DNA of 64,000 bases from contig CAZUFC010000028.1 of assembly GCA_964619725.1 (NCBI GenBank), positions 8,535-72,534 on the forward strand. Reading direction: 5' to 3'. Source of the DNA: an uncultured bacterium. Its GTDB lineage: Bacteria; CSSED10-310; CAZUFC01. Under the pieces are notes generated by a model that was not told the origin of the DNA, ran no database searches, and worked only from the letters and a program-made list of their open reading frames with translations. A program made the translations under genes and the position numbers. Of the stretch, positions 47,757 through 58,078 are shown piece by piece; within the stretch, counting starts at the first letter, position 1; each line of letters starts with the position of its first letter.

Positions 47757-49757
47757 TCAGCTTTTATATTTCCTCACCCATTCGATAAATTGTTCCGGCT
47801 TGATCAAACCTGTTCTGTGAGAAACCGTTTTTCCCGTGGAATCGATGATGATGTAAGAAGGTAAGCCTGTAGGAACATTTGCAATCTGATAGTAGGATTT
47901 CAGAAGGTCCTTCAATAACCGTCCGCCTTCGGTTTCCAGCGATTCCGCCTGAATTTTGATCAGAATGAAATCATCCAGCGCCGCTTTCGCCCTTTCATCT
48001 TCAAAAGTGGTTTTGTCCATATGCCGGCAATTTTTGCACCATGTCGCCCAGAAATCCAGGAATAGGGGCTTATTCTTTTGAACGGCCATGTCGCTGAAGT
48101 CCGGAATCTGTTTTTCATAGTGGAGCCATTCCTGACGAACGGGTTCTCCAATCTTCGCTGTTCCCAGCGACAAATCGATCCAGTTCAATCCGATCATTCC
48201 GTCGCAGACCAGCAATGCGCCGGCGATAATGAGCAAATACGCCGTTCCTCTTTTCAGCCGCTCTATAACGGAGGGAGCTTCCGGCATAACGGAGCCCAAT
48301 CCGAAAAAGACGGAGCTCAAAGTGAAGAAAATGCCCCAGAGCAACCTGGAGACACTTTCATTGTGAAATAGTTTTCCCGTATAGTAAACAGCGACGGCAA
48401 AAATCATGAATGCAAAAATGCGCTGCACCGATTTCATCCAGACTCCGCTTTTCGGAAGCACATTGACGGCCCCGGAAAAAAGGGCCAAAACTATAAACAG
48501 AAGCCCCATTCCCCAGGCGAAAATAAACAGGCCCCAGAATCCCAGAAAATAATTTCCGGTTTTGGCGATAAACAACAGCAGGCTGAGGATGATCGGACCT
48601 ACGCAGGGAGCGGCTATAAAACCCAGCGCCAATCCCATCAGAAGAGCTCCGACGTACCCTTTTTTGCCGGATACCTGCACACGGCTGGACAGCCAGTAAG
48701 GCAGACGAAATTCAAAAGAACCGAGCAGCGAAAAACCGAGAATGACGAAAATGACTATTAGAGGAACGATTACGAAAGGATGATTGGAGTAACTCCCGAA
48801 AGTTTCTCCCGCACCCGCGGCGAAAAGTCCCAAAGCGGAATATGTTATAGATATTCCCAGCACATAGACCAACGCCAGCGATAAGGTTTTGGATTTCTTT
48901 TCACTTCCCTGCCGGGTAAAGAAGGCGACAGTGATCGGAATCATAGGAAAAACGCACGGAGTAAACGATGCTGCTATGCCCAGAAAAAAAAGCGTTAATA
49001 ATGCCGTGAATGAGCCCCTGGTTCTGATTATTCTTTCAAACTGTCCTTCCGCTTCTTCAGGTACGGCATCCGACTCTATTGAGGAAGGCATTTTTTCTAC
49101 GGTTTCCTTCGCAGCGCTCTTCCACACCCAGGACAGCTCCTGTTTCGCCGCTTCTTTGAATTTTTCGGGAAATTCCAGGTCCGACACAGCCTCCATAAAT
49201 TCGTTTTTATTCCTGACGCCGGGCAGCTCCCCTGTATCGGGCGATACGGTCAACGAAAAATTTTCTTTTTTATCGACGGGCGGAGTGCAGACGCCCGTTG
49301 CATCGTTGCAGCTCTGCCACCCGTATTCGAATTGAAAATCCGCTTTGTCCTGATTGAGACCATCCGGGATAAAACAAATGAAAAGTGCATAAACGACATC
49401 TTTATAAACTTTCGTATCAAACTGCTTTTCAATTTCATACGAGGTGTAAAAGGGCCCGGCGATCTCAATCGAATCCCCAGACTGGAGGCGGGTATAAAGA
49501 GGATAGGTAAAATCCTCATCATAGGAATAAGAATGATGAAAAATATGCTGATTTTCGGCGATGTCGAATTTTGCGCCGAATAATATTTGACCGCCTTGAA
49601 TAGCTTTGTCTGCTGAAAAGAACCATTCGGCTTCAACCGGACCGGTCGATGAATACTGAGCGTTCGTTCCGAATGAAAAAGAAATCAGTAAAATTATGAA
49701 AATTAAAAAAACTCGTTTTGTGAAATCTAAGCATCCGAATCGATTTAAACCGGACAT
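47757..49757 (-). CDS. dsbD: Thiol:disulfide interchange protein DsbD
   Basis: QSC...C.PP; TPCVFPMIP and APCVGP; thioredoxin WCKNC. Confidence 0.92.
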   Translation of the reverse strand: MSGLNRFGCLDFTKRVFLIFIILLISFSFGTNAQYSSTGPVEAEWFFSADKAIQGGQILFGAKFDIAENQHIFHHSYSYDEDFTYPLYTRLQSGDSIEIAGPFYTSYEIEKQFDTKVYKDVVYALFICFIPDGLNQDKADFQFEYGWQSCNDATGVCTPPVDKKENFSLTVSPDTGELPGVRNKNEFMEAVSDLEFPEKFKEAAKQELSWVWKSAAKETVEKMPSSIESDAVPEEAEGQFERIIRTRGSFTALLTLFFLGIAASFTPCVFPMIPITVAFFTRQGSEKKSKTLSLALVYVLGISITYSALGLFAAGAGETFGSYSNHPFVIVPLIVIFVILGFSLLGSFEFRLPYWLSSRVQVSGKKGYVGALLMGLALGFIAAPCVGPIILSLLLFIAKTGNYFLGFWGLFIFAWGMGLLFIVLALFSGAVNVLPKSGVWMKSVQRIFAFMIFAVAVYYTGKLFHNESVSRLLWGIFFTLSSVFFGLGSVMPEAPSVIERLKRGTAYLLIIAGALLVCDGMIGLNWIDLSLGTAKIGEPVRQEWLHYEKQIPDFSDMAVQKNKPLFLDFWATWCKNCRHMDKTTFEDERAKAALDDFILIKIQAESLETEGGRLLKDLLKSYYQIANVPTGLPSYIIIDSTGKTVSHRTGLIKPEQFIEWVRKYKS

Positions 49758-49799
49758 TTCCTATCCCTCCTTAATCAGCTTGACATTACAGTTGAAAAT

Positions 49800-51338
49800 T
49801 CACTGCCTCAATATCGCCTCAAGCTCTATAGACTTCACCGGCCTGCCGTCACGCTTAAAGAGATTGAGCCTGTCGGCGCTGAAAAGATAAATGATTTCAT
49901 CGGAAGTTACAATAACGCTTTCGATATGATGGCCGGTTTCAATTATTTTATGCGGTTCGGCCTGCCGATCGCTCCGTTTCCAAATGCTTGCCTTTCCTTG
50001 TAAATACATTGTTTCGTCATCGTGAATGACGACATTCTCGATTATTTCTCTCTCAGGAAATCTTATTGCCGCGCTGTCCCATCCGTCAGTCACCCTTTTT
50101 TTCTCATACAAACCTTCCGGGGTTTGAATGATAAGACGCTGATAAGAGTTCTGGAAAAAAGACATTTTTCGTATCCAGGGAGTCCTGCTTTGCGTCCCGA
50201 CAGTTTCAGACGAAAAACGCGTCCAGAAGTTCATTCCCGGCTTTCGTTCATAGAGCCCCCCGCCGAAAATCGCACAATAAATGAGGTTTTCTTCTGATGA
50301 AAAGGCCAGCCCGGTCACTTCACCGTAGTGTTTGTTTTCTATCAGCGACTTGAGGTTGCGAGAATACAAGCTCCATTCCTTGCGGACATCCGTTGACAGG
50401 TAAACGCCGTCCAGAGTACCGGCCAGGAATATTTTCTCACCGGCTTCTTTCAGACATATTAGTTCAGTTATTTCTGCAGGAGGAGCAGCGCAAGGAGCGG
50501 GAGAAGCGACGGGATATACTTCATAGAGCGATCCGGCGGACGTCGTGCCGAAGACGCGATTATCCGCCTCAAGAAATTCAATGCAATATTCGGGCAATTC
50601 CGCCCGGTCGATTATGGCCGGCGTTAGCTCATTCGGATTTATCAGGATTCTGGCAAGTTTACGGTTTTTGCCGGCGATGAAAAATTCATTATCCGACAGA
50701 GCTGCGACAGCCGTTATCATTTGGGAAGGTTCGCCGGCTTTTTGTCGTTCGACTGAACTTAATGCTTCAAAACGCCAGATCAGCAGCGACAGTAAAATAA
50801 CGGCGAAAGCGGAAGAGAACGTTTTAATTGATGACCACCAGGGTTTCAGAAGATTCAGGCCGAATCTTGCAGCCAAAAAGGGGCATATTATGACAGCGGT
50901 CAGATAAGCGACCCGGCCAGCCCAGAGAGTGATGGAATAAACCGCTGCCATGCCGAAAATCGAACCGAATATCGTTTTCCACAGTGAGACTTTCACATTC
51001 ATTCGTTTTGATTTGACGTAGACGGCGAATCCGCAGCCCGAAGCAACGATGAACGGTCCGATGTGCCATATGGTGAATGAAACATAACTGGTCAGCAGAC
51101 TGCTGGGCAAGCCCCCAATAAATTTCTGAATCCATAAAAAAAACGCTCCTGCTGCGGGAAGAAACAGGGCCGTAACGACGGCGCCGATCAGAGAAGCGCT
51201 CCATAACGCTCTAAAATCGCAATCGGCCATCTCATCCGATCCTGGAACCGATATTATTTGCAGTCCCATTCCGCATTTACTGCAAATAAACGCTTCTTCC
51301 GTATTCGCGGTACCGCAGCGGCTACATTTTATCGTCAT
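49800..51338 (-). CDS. Zinc-ribbon / membrane / beta-propeller hypothetical protein
   Basis: CSRCG..N...F.CSKCG, about five TMs, beta-rich C-terminus. Confidence 0.7.
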   Translation of the reverse strand: MTIKCSRCGTANTEEAFICSKCGMGLQIISVPGSDEMADCDFRALWSASLIGAVVTALFLPAAGAFFLWIQKFIGGLPSSLLTSYVSFTIWHIGPFIVASGCGFAVYVKSKRMNVKVSLWKTIFGSIFGMAAVYSITLWAGRVAYLTAVIICPFLAARFGLNLLKPWWSSIKTFSSAFAVILLSLLIWRFEALSSVERQKAGEPSQMITAVAALSDNEFFIAGKNRKLARILINPNELTPAIIDRAELPEYCIEFLEADNRVFGTTSAGSLYEVYPVASPAPCAAPPAEITELICLKEAGEKIFLAGTLDGVYLSTDVRKEWSLYSRNLKSLIENKHYGEVTGLAFSSEENLIYCAIFGGGLYERKPGMNFWTRFSSETVGTQSRTPWIRKMSFFQNSYQRLIIQTPEGLYEKKRVTDGWDSAAIRFPEREIIENVVIHDDETMYLQGKASIWKRSDRQAEPHKIIETGHHIESVIVTSDEIIYLFSADRLNLFKRDGRPVKSIELEAILRQ

Positions 51339-51619
51339 TCATTATTTTCCGCTGACTTTTTCATCCTGTCCATCTGTTTTTGAACTCGCTTCAACTCCCT
51401 GTTCAGCTTCCGGATTCGGTCATCCAATTCGTCTACGTCGCCTCGCGTCGCCACATTCATCGAATTCAACACCTTCTCGATCTTCTTTTCCACTATTCCC
51501 TTCGTTAAAATTATCCGCTCCAACGTAGATGAAAAATGCTCGTTCATCATCAGCTCTCTGGTAAAGTCATCAACCGTCTCATTGCCTTTCTGAATAGCCT
51601 TTTCAATAAAATTCAACAT
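51335..51619 (-). CDS. Small coiled-coil protein (phasin-like)
   Basis: MNVATRGDVDELDDRI pattern. Confidence 0.6.
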   Translation of the reverse strand: MLNFIEKAIQKGNETVDDFTRELMMNEHFSSTLERIILTKGIVEKKIEKVLNSMNVATRGDVDELDDRIRKLNRELKRVQKQMDRMKKSAENNE

Positions 51620-51675
51620 ATTTCACCTCATTGTCCTATGATTTTTATACCGACGTAATCCCTGACAGCATGAAA

Positions 51676-51996
51676 TCAATCCTGTAACTCATCATCGGAT
51701 ATCGAATCAGGTATCTCGGTATCCAGGGGCAAATTCAAAGGATTGACCATTAATCGTTCACGACAGTGAGAACACACGATGTATTCGACTTTATAATAAA
51801 CGTCCTTTTCCAGTCGTTTTTCACTTTTTCTTTTTATCTTGTCGAGGAGCCGTTTCAAATCGTCTTCGGTCTGAAAAGAGTCTTGTTCCGGTAAAATACC
51901 GTCGAATGCAGCCCAACTTTCGACTCTGTAGAAATATTTGAGCGATCCCGGTTTCAATTTTCTGCCGCACTTAGCGCAAAGATTTGTATTTTCCAT
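51676..51996 (-). CDS. Hypothetical zinc-binding protein
   Basis: CAKCG and CSHC pairs; overlaps the upstream gene stop. Confidence 0.7.
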   Translation of the reverse strand: MENTNLCAKCGRKLKPGSLKYFYRVESWAAFDGILPEQDSFQTEDDLKRLLDKIKRKSEKRLEKDVYYKVEYIVCSHCRERLMVNPLNLPLDTEIPDSISDDELQD

Positions 51997-52894
51997 TCCA
52001 ATGTTCCCTCATGATGATGCAATTTTCTTCAAGAGATTTTTGTTTCCAATTGAAAGTGTTCTGAAATTTGGATGAATCCAGGGAGCAGTCCGGCGGTCTG
52101 CTTTCCGGAAGTCCTGCTTCCTTCATTTTAGCGCTGTGAATCAACTCCGGTGATAACCCGAACACCTCGGCGATTTTCAAACCCATATTGAGCCGTGATA
52201 TGCGTTCAGGTCCACCCAGATGATATAAGCCGGGTTGAGGATTCTCCAGGGCGGCTTGAAAAGCTCTGACGACGTCTCCGGTAAATATTGGGGTCCTGAA
52301 CTGGTCGGAAAACAGCGGCGTTTTTTCGCCGTCGGACCATTTGTTCAGCATGCTTTCAGTAAATCCCCTCGGACAAAAATAACCTATGCCGAAGCAGAGC
52401 GCCAACCGTAATACCGTCGATCCTTTGGGATAAATTGAAAAAATCGCGTTTTCAGCTTCAACTTTTTGACGTCCGTACAGGTTCAGCGGATTCGGTTCGT
52501 CGTCTTCAGAGTAGTCGCCTTTCCTGCCGTCAAAAACTAAATCAGTCGACAAAAAATAAAACGGAACTTCCATTTCTGCTGCCGCTTCAGCCAATGCCGC
52601 CGTGGAATCGATGTTGATGGCGCCTGAAGATCGGGGATCATTTTTACACTTTTCCGCATTCGTGACGGCCGCGGTATGAATGATATGGGTCGGCTCTATT
52701 TTTAAAGCGCTTTCTTTCACAATATTCGGAAACCTCAAATCCAGTTCCACGGTTTCAGACTTTCCGAAATTGCCTTCCCTGCGGTGAACGGTAAATATCA
52801 AATCATTCCGTTCCCGCCATTCCCGATATAAATTCGATCCGATCAAGCCCGTTCCGCCAGTTATTAGTATCTTCACTGGTTTGTTCCTCCTCAA
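51971..52894 (-). CDS. RmlD-like NAD(P)-dependent SDR (dTDP-4-dehydrorhamnose reductase family)
   Basis: ITGGTGLIG, STDLVFDG, YGRQK, DQFRTP. Confidence 0.9.
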   Translation of the reverse strand: MRRNKPVKILITGGTGLIGSNLYREWRERNDLIFTVHRREGNFGKSETVELDLRFPNIVKESALKIEPTHIIHTAAVTNAEKCKNDPRSSGAINIDSTAALAEAAAEMEVPFYFLSTDLVFDGRKGDYSEDDEPNPLNLYGRQKVEAENAIFSIYPKGSTVLRLALCFGIGYFCPRGFTESMLNKWSDGEKTPLFSDQFRTPIFTGDVVRAFQAALENPQPGLYHLGGPERISRLNMGLKIAEVFGLSPELIHSAKMKEAGLPESRPPDCSLDSSKFQNTFNWKQKSLEENCIIMREHWNGKYKSLR

Positions 52895-53034
52895 CCATTA
52901 TATAAACTCATTTTTCCGGGTCAACCGTCTGCATGAAACGACAAATATCTGGAGTTGCTCAAGCGCATCCGGCAATGCCCGTTGTGAAAAAATTTCATGC
53001 CGGTATAATGAATCCGGGAGAAACAACCCTTCAA

Positions 53035-53544
53035 ATGACGGATTTTACGGGAAATACAGAAGATAAAAAATTTATATGCGATCGAATGCTAGGAAAGCTG
53101 GCTAAATGGCTGCGAATATTCGGTTATGATTGTACATTCATTCCTCCGGGAACAGGGATTGATCCCCTGAGGGAGGCGGAAACGGAAAACCGTTTTTTCC
53201 TGACCAGAGATCGTTCGTTCATTAAACGGTTGAAACGCGCTGATTCAATTCCCCGATGTCTGTTTATAGAACATGATAATGTTCAAGATCAACTTGATCA
53301 GTTGCGTTCGGCGCTGAAACTCAATCTGGAATCGCCCGGATTGAACCGTTGCCTGCGATGCAATGAAAAGATCGTTTCCATTACAAAGGATGACGCCCGT
53401 AAATCAGGACAAGCGCCGGAATATGTCCTGACAAACCATTCTGAGTTCAAACGCTGTCCCCAATGCAAAAAGATTTACTGGAAAGGCTCGCATTTTCAAA
53501 GAATGAAAGATTTTGCCCGCATTATTGATGCAAATTCTTGCTGA
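53035..53544 (+). CDS. Mut7-C RNase (PIN) domain protein
   Basis: CDRMLGKLAKWLRIFGYD, LTRD, RC..CN, CPQCKKIYWKGSH; start uncertain. Confidence 0.9.
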   Translation: MTDFTGNTEDKKFICDRMLGKLAKWLRIFGYDCTFIPPGTGIDPLREAETENRFFLTRDRSFIKRLKRADSIPRCLFIEHDNVQDQLDQLRSALKLNLESPGLNRCLRCNEKIVSITKDDARKSGQAPEYVLTNHSEFKRCPQCKKIYWKGSHFQRMKDFARIIDANSC

Positions 53545-53693
53545 TACATTCCGAGTACCGCAGACCGGTATTACGAGTCGGCCAATCAAGAATGGGCTTC
53601 CCCGAACATGATCAGCATGAAACAGGAATCCCCGCATCTTGCGAATTGAGCGGAATACCGTTATAGTCACTTGATCGCTTCGGGCGGGAAGGA

Positions 53694-54989
53694 GTGATAA
53701 GGATCATCATAAGGGAAAATTTTCGAAAAAAATTATCGTGGGTCTTGCTCTTCTGTGGTCTTTTCGTTCACGCCAACTTCCTTATTTCGCTTCATACGGG
53801 AGTCTGCGACCGTTTTTTTCATGACGCAACCAGGGACTACGGCAAGGGGTTTGATTTTTTTTCGATTTACCAGGCGGGATACAATTTTCTGCACGGCATG
53901 AGCGTTTATTTTGGAGTCAGGGAGCATCGTTTCGGCGATGAACACCTGGTGGTCCCTTACTTCAGCGGTTTCCGATATTTGCCGGTTTATGCATACGCTT
54001 ACGGAGCAGCATTGAACGTTTTTCCGCCATGGCTTTCTTACTGGAGCTGGATAAGCGTTGTGGAGCTTCTTTTTCTTTTTTGTATCTTCTTGACATGGAA
54101 GCTTGTCAGGAACCACACCGTTTTTCGCTTGGCCGCGTCCATGTGGTTGCTTTATTCCCCCTACTACCTGGAACTGTATATGGGGCAGCAATCTTTCGTT
54201 ACAGTCGCTTTGCTTTTCTTGATGGGTTACGGGATACTGAAAAATCGCGATAAACTGTTCAACGCCGCTTATGCCGGCAGCGCCGTTTGGAAATTGAATA
54301 CGCTTCTGGCCGCGCCTCTGCTCGTAAGAATGAAACGTTTCAAGACGCTTATTATTATCGGATTAATAATCATCTTAACTTCAGCCCCTTACTTCATTGC
54401 CGTGGAAGGCAGTTTTCCCGAATTCGCCTCCTATTTCAAACATAAACTGATCAGCGACGGACCCAACAGCCTGGGTTTCTGGGCACTTTTCTCCGTCGTA
54501 TGGAAAAGAGCCGGCGCAGACCCCTCTCTGATTCTTCCCATGCTCAAAATGCTGGCGAACATTTTCATTTTAATTTCGATCATCGTTACCTTCCTTAACC
54601 TCCGATACGATCCCCTGAAATTACTCAGCATGTGGATTTGCACTTACTTTATCGCTTACAGATACGTCTGGGAACATCATTACATCATGATGCTGCCTGT
54701 TCTCGTGCTGCTTTTTCTTCATACCCGAGATCGTATCGTAATTTTTACTTTCATCTTCACGGCAATCCCGACTCCATTCGTTTTCTGGAATGATCCTTCT
54801 CTCCCTATGCCGCAGGTTTCCTGGTCAGCATTCCAGGACATTTTTTATCATTCGATAAAAATTGTTCCCGTTATGGTTTTATATGCCTGGCTGGTCGGCG
54901 GCGAAATAAGGAGAGCCGTTCGAAACAAGGAACTGCTGATTTCTCACATTTGGAAAAAATTCTGGAGTTACGCCAATGCGGAAAATTAA
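53694..54989 (+). CDS. GT-C glycosyltransferase (GT87/DUF2029-like)
   Basis: DF..Y, FRYLP, GQ, WEHHY; polytopic membrane protein. Confidence 0.7.
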   Translation: MIRIIIRENFRKKLSWVLLFCGLFVHANFLISLHTGVCDRFFHDATRDYGKGFDFFSIYQAGYNFLHGMSVYFGVREHRFGDEHLVVPYFSGFRYLPVYAYAYGAALNVFPPWLSYWSWISVVELLFLFCIFLTWKLVRNHTVFRLAASMWLLYSPYYLELYMGQQSFVTVALLFLMGYGILKNRDKLFNAAYAGSAVWKLNTLLAAPLLVRMKRFKTLIIIGLIIILTSAPYFIAVEGSFPEFASYFKHKLISDGPNSLGFWALFSVVWKRAGADPSLILPMLKMLANIFILISIIVTFLNLRYDPLKLLSMWICTYFIAYRYVWEHHYIMMLPVLVLLFLHTRDRIVIFTFIFTAIPTPFVFWNDPSLPMPQVSWSAFQDIFYHSIKIVPVMVLYAWLVGGEIRRAVRNKELLISHIWKKFWSYANAEN

Positions 54990-56529
54990 GCCCGTTACCT
55001 GGATAACGGCGGCTATACTTTTGTTTTCCTTGATTCACATGCTTTCCTTTTATTTCTACACGGTTGAGGACGCTTATATCTCTTTCAGATACGCCCGGTT
55101 TTTCGCTGAAGGAGAAGGACTCGTCTATAATCCCGGCGAATATGTGGAAGGATATACGAATTTTCTGTGGGTCGTTATCCTGGGCCTTCTTTATGCCGCC
55201 GGTTTTCCCATGATACATGCGGCGAAAGTCCTGGGCATGGCGTTAGGAACTTTTACCGTATTTCTGGTTATGAAAAAAAGTAAATCCCTCGTTCATGATG
55301 AAATGAAGGCGTTGGTTCCCGGCGTTCTTCTGGGGGCTTGCAGCGCATTCGCTGTCTGGTGCCAGGCCGGCCTGGAAACGCCGCTGTTTTCATGCCTGCT
55401 TACCGCAGCGGTCCTCCGGTTTGCGGATGAATTGCAGGATGACTCCAGAATATCATTCTCCGGGGTCCTGTTCGGGGCCGCCGCTTTAACACGGCCTGAA
55501 ACCCTCCTTTATTTTCCGCTCCTCGCCGCATTCTTTTTCATCGCTGGAATTATAAAAAAAGGCTCATACCTGCGCCCCGTCAAAAAAACAATCCTGGTTT
55601 TCCTGATCATCATTTTTCCGTTTTTCCTCTTCAGGTATCACTACTATGGAGACTTCCTGCCCAATACTTACTACGTTAAATCCATTCGTTTCAAAGGCAA
55701 CGGATTCCATTATCTGAAGGCCGCTCTGCCCTATACCGGTTGGATCACCCTTCCCTTCTTCTTTTATGCCCTCTTCAGAAAAAAAAATAACCTGAAAATC
55801 CTCGGCAGTTTCATGATCGTTGCTGCAGGAACATTATACATCCTCTATCAGGGCGGCGACTGGATGCCCATGAGCCGCTTTTTCGTTCCTTTGGCTCCTT
55901 TCTTCTTTATCGTCTCGGCCGTAGGGCTTGTGGATTTCGCATCAAAATTTAACCGGAAAACCGCCGCAGGCCTGATTATTATCGTCATGTCCTTTTCCGC
56001 TGGAATTGAAATTTTTTCTTCCAGTCGAGGCCGCGATAAATTGCGATGGGAATACCGGCGCCATAAAGAATGGAAAAAAGTCGGAATGCTGCTCGCCGAC
56101 ATGTCCGAACCCGGCGATGTCATGGCTACGGGTCTGGGAGGCATTATACCTTACTATGCCCGTTTGCCGAACCTTGACCGCGGCGGACTCACCAATAAAA
56201 AAATAGCCGAATTGATCTCAAAAGCCGAAAATTACGAAACTGAACGGTTAGAAGTCGCCGGGCATATTATCTCACAAAAACCCAAATACATACTTATTCC
56301 TAACTTCAAGCAATTATGGGAGTCTCCCCCTTCAGATTTTTCCTTTGATGCCGATTGGCGCATGCTGGAATTGAACGAATTTAATGAAAACTATGTGATG
56401 AAAAAAAAGCTCATAGACGACGGATGGTTCTGCTGGTACGAGTTGAAAAGTTCCGGTCAGAACAGGATATTGCTTCCTGAAAAGCCCATAGAATCGCAAA
56501 AGGCGCTGCCGGTCATTTCCAGCGAATAA
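54976..56529 (+). CDS. GT-C glycosyltransferase (AftB arabinofuranosyltransferase-like)
   Basis: EDAYISFRYA...GLVYNPGE.VEGYTNFLW, GLET, RPE, PNTYYVK, GGDWMP..RF. Confidence 0.8.
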   Translation: MRKIKPVTWITAAILLFSLIHMLSFYFYTVEDAYISFRYARFFAEGEGLVYNPGEYVEGYTNFLWVVILGLLYAAGFPMIHAAKVLGMALGTFTVFLVMKKSKSLVHDEMKALVPGVLLGACSAFAVWCQAGLETPLFSCLLTAAVLRFADELQDDSRISFSGVLFGAAALTRPETLLYFPLLAAFFFIAGIIKKGSYLRPVKKTILVFLIIIFPFFLFRYHYYGDFLPNTYYVKSIRFKGNGFHYLKAALPYTGWITLPFFFYALFRKKNNLKILGSFMIVAAGTLYILYQGGDWMPMSRFFVPLAPFFFIVSAVGLVDFASKFNRKTAAGLIIIVMSFSAGIEIFSSSRGRDKLRWEYRRHKEWKKVGMLLADMSEPGDVMATGLGGIIPYYARLPNLDRGGLTNKKIAELISKAENYETERLEVAGHIISQKPKYILIPNFKQLWESPPSDFSFDADWRMLELNEFNENYVMKKKLIDDGWFCWYELKSSGQNRILLPEKPIESQKALPVISSE

Positions 56530-56703
56530 CGGCATTTTTTCCATTACAGCATAACCCTCATCAAAGAAATAAGGCAGGGGCTATCTTCAAGCGGCGTTGC
56601 CCGAAGCGCCAGGAGCAGAATTTTCTTTACATTCGGCAATAAGTTGAGTTATAATAATTTTTTATTCATTTGTTTTTGTCTGTTGAAAGGAGGAATAATA
56701 CAT

Positions 56704-57807
56704 ATGAAGGTTAAATTATTCCTTGAGAATTTACCTCGTTTTTTCAACGCCAGAGCAGCCGGCGATTTGGAAACGATTATCGGGTTCAGGGTAAATGGTG
56801 AAAATTCCGGCGATTATAACATAAGGATAAACAACGGTAAATGCGCTTTCGGCGAAGGCATTCCGGAAACACGCGAGGTATTGTTGGAAGGCGACGAAAA
56901 GGTATACATCGATATAATCAACGGCGAATTGACTCTGGCCAGGGCGCATAAGTCAGGAGCGCTGAAGCTGGAAGGCGTAAAAAAGAGAGCTTACAATCTT
57001 CATAAGATATTCAGCGGCGCTCCGAAATCTGACGAAGCGCCGCCGGGCTTGTACGGCATGACGGATAATGAGAAAGGATTTGAGTCGGGGAAATGGGAGG
57101 TGCCTAAAAAAGTGCTTGCGATACAGGGATCGCCACGGGGCCCGGAGGGGTTGACTCAATATGTTTTGCAATATTTGATCCAGGGAATGTCTGATGCGGG
57201 CGTAAGAGTTGAGACGATGAATTTGATGGATAAGAAGATAGGATATTGCCGCGGATGTTTTGCATGTTGGGCGAAATCCGACGGCGAATGCATACAGCGA
57301 GACGATATGGATGAAATGTTGCCGCTTATTCCCCATACCGATCTTCTTGTTCTGGCTTTTCCTCTCTATGTTAATACTTTTCCGGGTTTGCTCAAAAATT
57401 TCATAGATCGGCTATTGCCGATGAAACATCCTTATATTTTTCAAGGCAAGAATCGTTGCAGGCATCCCAGCCGTTATCCCCGTCTGCCCAATCTGGCAGC
57501 CTTATCGATATGCGCGTTTTATGAGAAAGAAAATTTTAAATCGATTTCATCTTTACTGGAAGACTTTTCCCGGGATGTTCACATGCCTCTTATAGCAAAA
57601 ATTTTTCGACCGCATGCGGCGGCCCTGAAATCCGAATTCACGAAAGCGACCTCGCAACCCGTAAAGGAAGCCATAAGAGAAGCCGGAAGACAAATCATAA
57701 ATAACGGAAAAATTTCCCGCAGACTCCAGGAAAAAATCAGCGCTCCGATTATCTCGAAAGCCCATTTCTTAGCTGCAGCCAAAGACTGGTGGTTCGCCGG
57801 AAGATAA
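56704..57807 (+). CDS. SCP2 sterol-binding domain fused to iron-sulfur flavoprotein/flavodoxin-like domain
   Basis: N-terminal SCP2-like region; GSPR, CRGCFACW...C...DDM, LKNFIDR. Confidence 0.85.
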   Translation: MKVKLFLENLPRFFNARAAGDLETIIGFRVNGENSGDYNIRINNGKCAFGEGIPETREVLLEGDEKVYIDIINGELTLARAHKSGALKLEGVKKRAYNLHKIFSGAPKSDEAPPGLYGMTDNEKGFESGKWEVPKKVLAIQGSPRGPEGLTQYVLQYLIQGMSDAGVRVETMNLMDKKIGYCRGCFACWAKSDGECIQRDDMDEMLPLIPHTDLLVLAFPLYVNTFPGLLKNFIDRLLPMKHPYIFQGKNRCRHPSRYPRLPNLAALSICAFYEKENFKSISSLLEDFSRDVHMPLIAKIFRPHAAALKSEFTKATSQPVKEAIREAGRQIINNGKISRRLQEKISAPIISKAHFLAAAKDWWFAGR

Positions 57808-57909
57808 AAAGAAAATTTGCGCGTTTATGGATAATAACTCGCAGTGTAAGTCCGACCCGGCATGTAGAGTTAAAAATGAGTTTGTGGACAGGCGCTGAAA
57901 AGGATGTTT

Positions 57910-58052
57910 GGCATTGATTAAAAATGCCTTTTTTGAAGTTACAATTTTACAGAATCGCCCATCATTTTGTTTCGATTTCGATACCGACCCCGATGACTCA
58001 AACAAACTGTCAAGAGTTTTGCAAGATGTGTAAATCCGTTTTGATCAGTCCC
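57910..58052 (+). mobile_element. MITE-like dispersed repeat, copy B
   Basis: GGCATTGATTAAA...TTTGATCAGTCCC; colinear with copies A and C. Confidence 0.75.
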
Positions 58053-58078
58053 GGATGTTAGCATCTAAAAAAGGGGGT

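Noticed and set aside
49755-49802. Read-through from the zinc-ribbon gene into in-frame dsbD
   Set aside because: In-frame TAG in the spacer; dsbD has its own SD.
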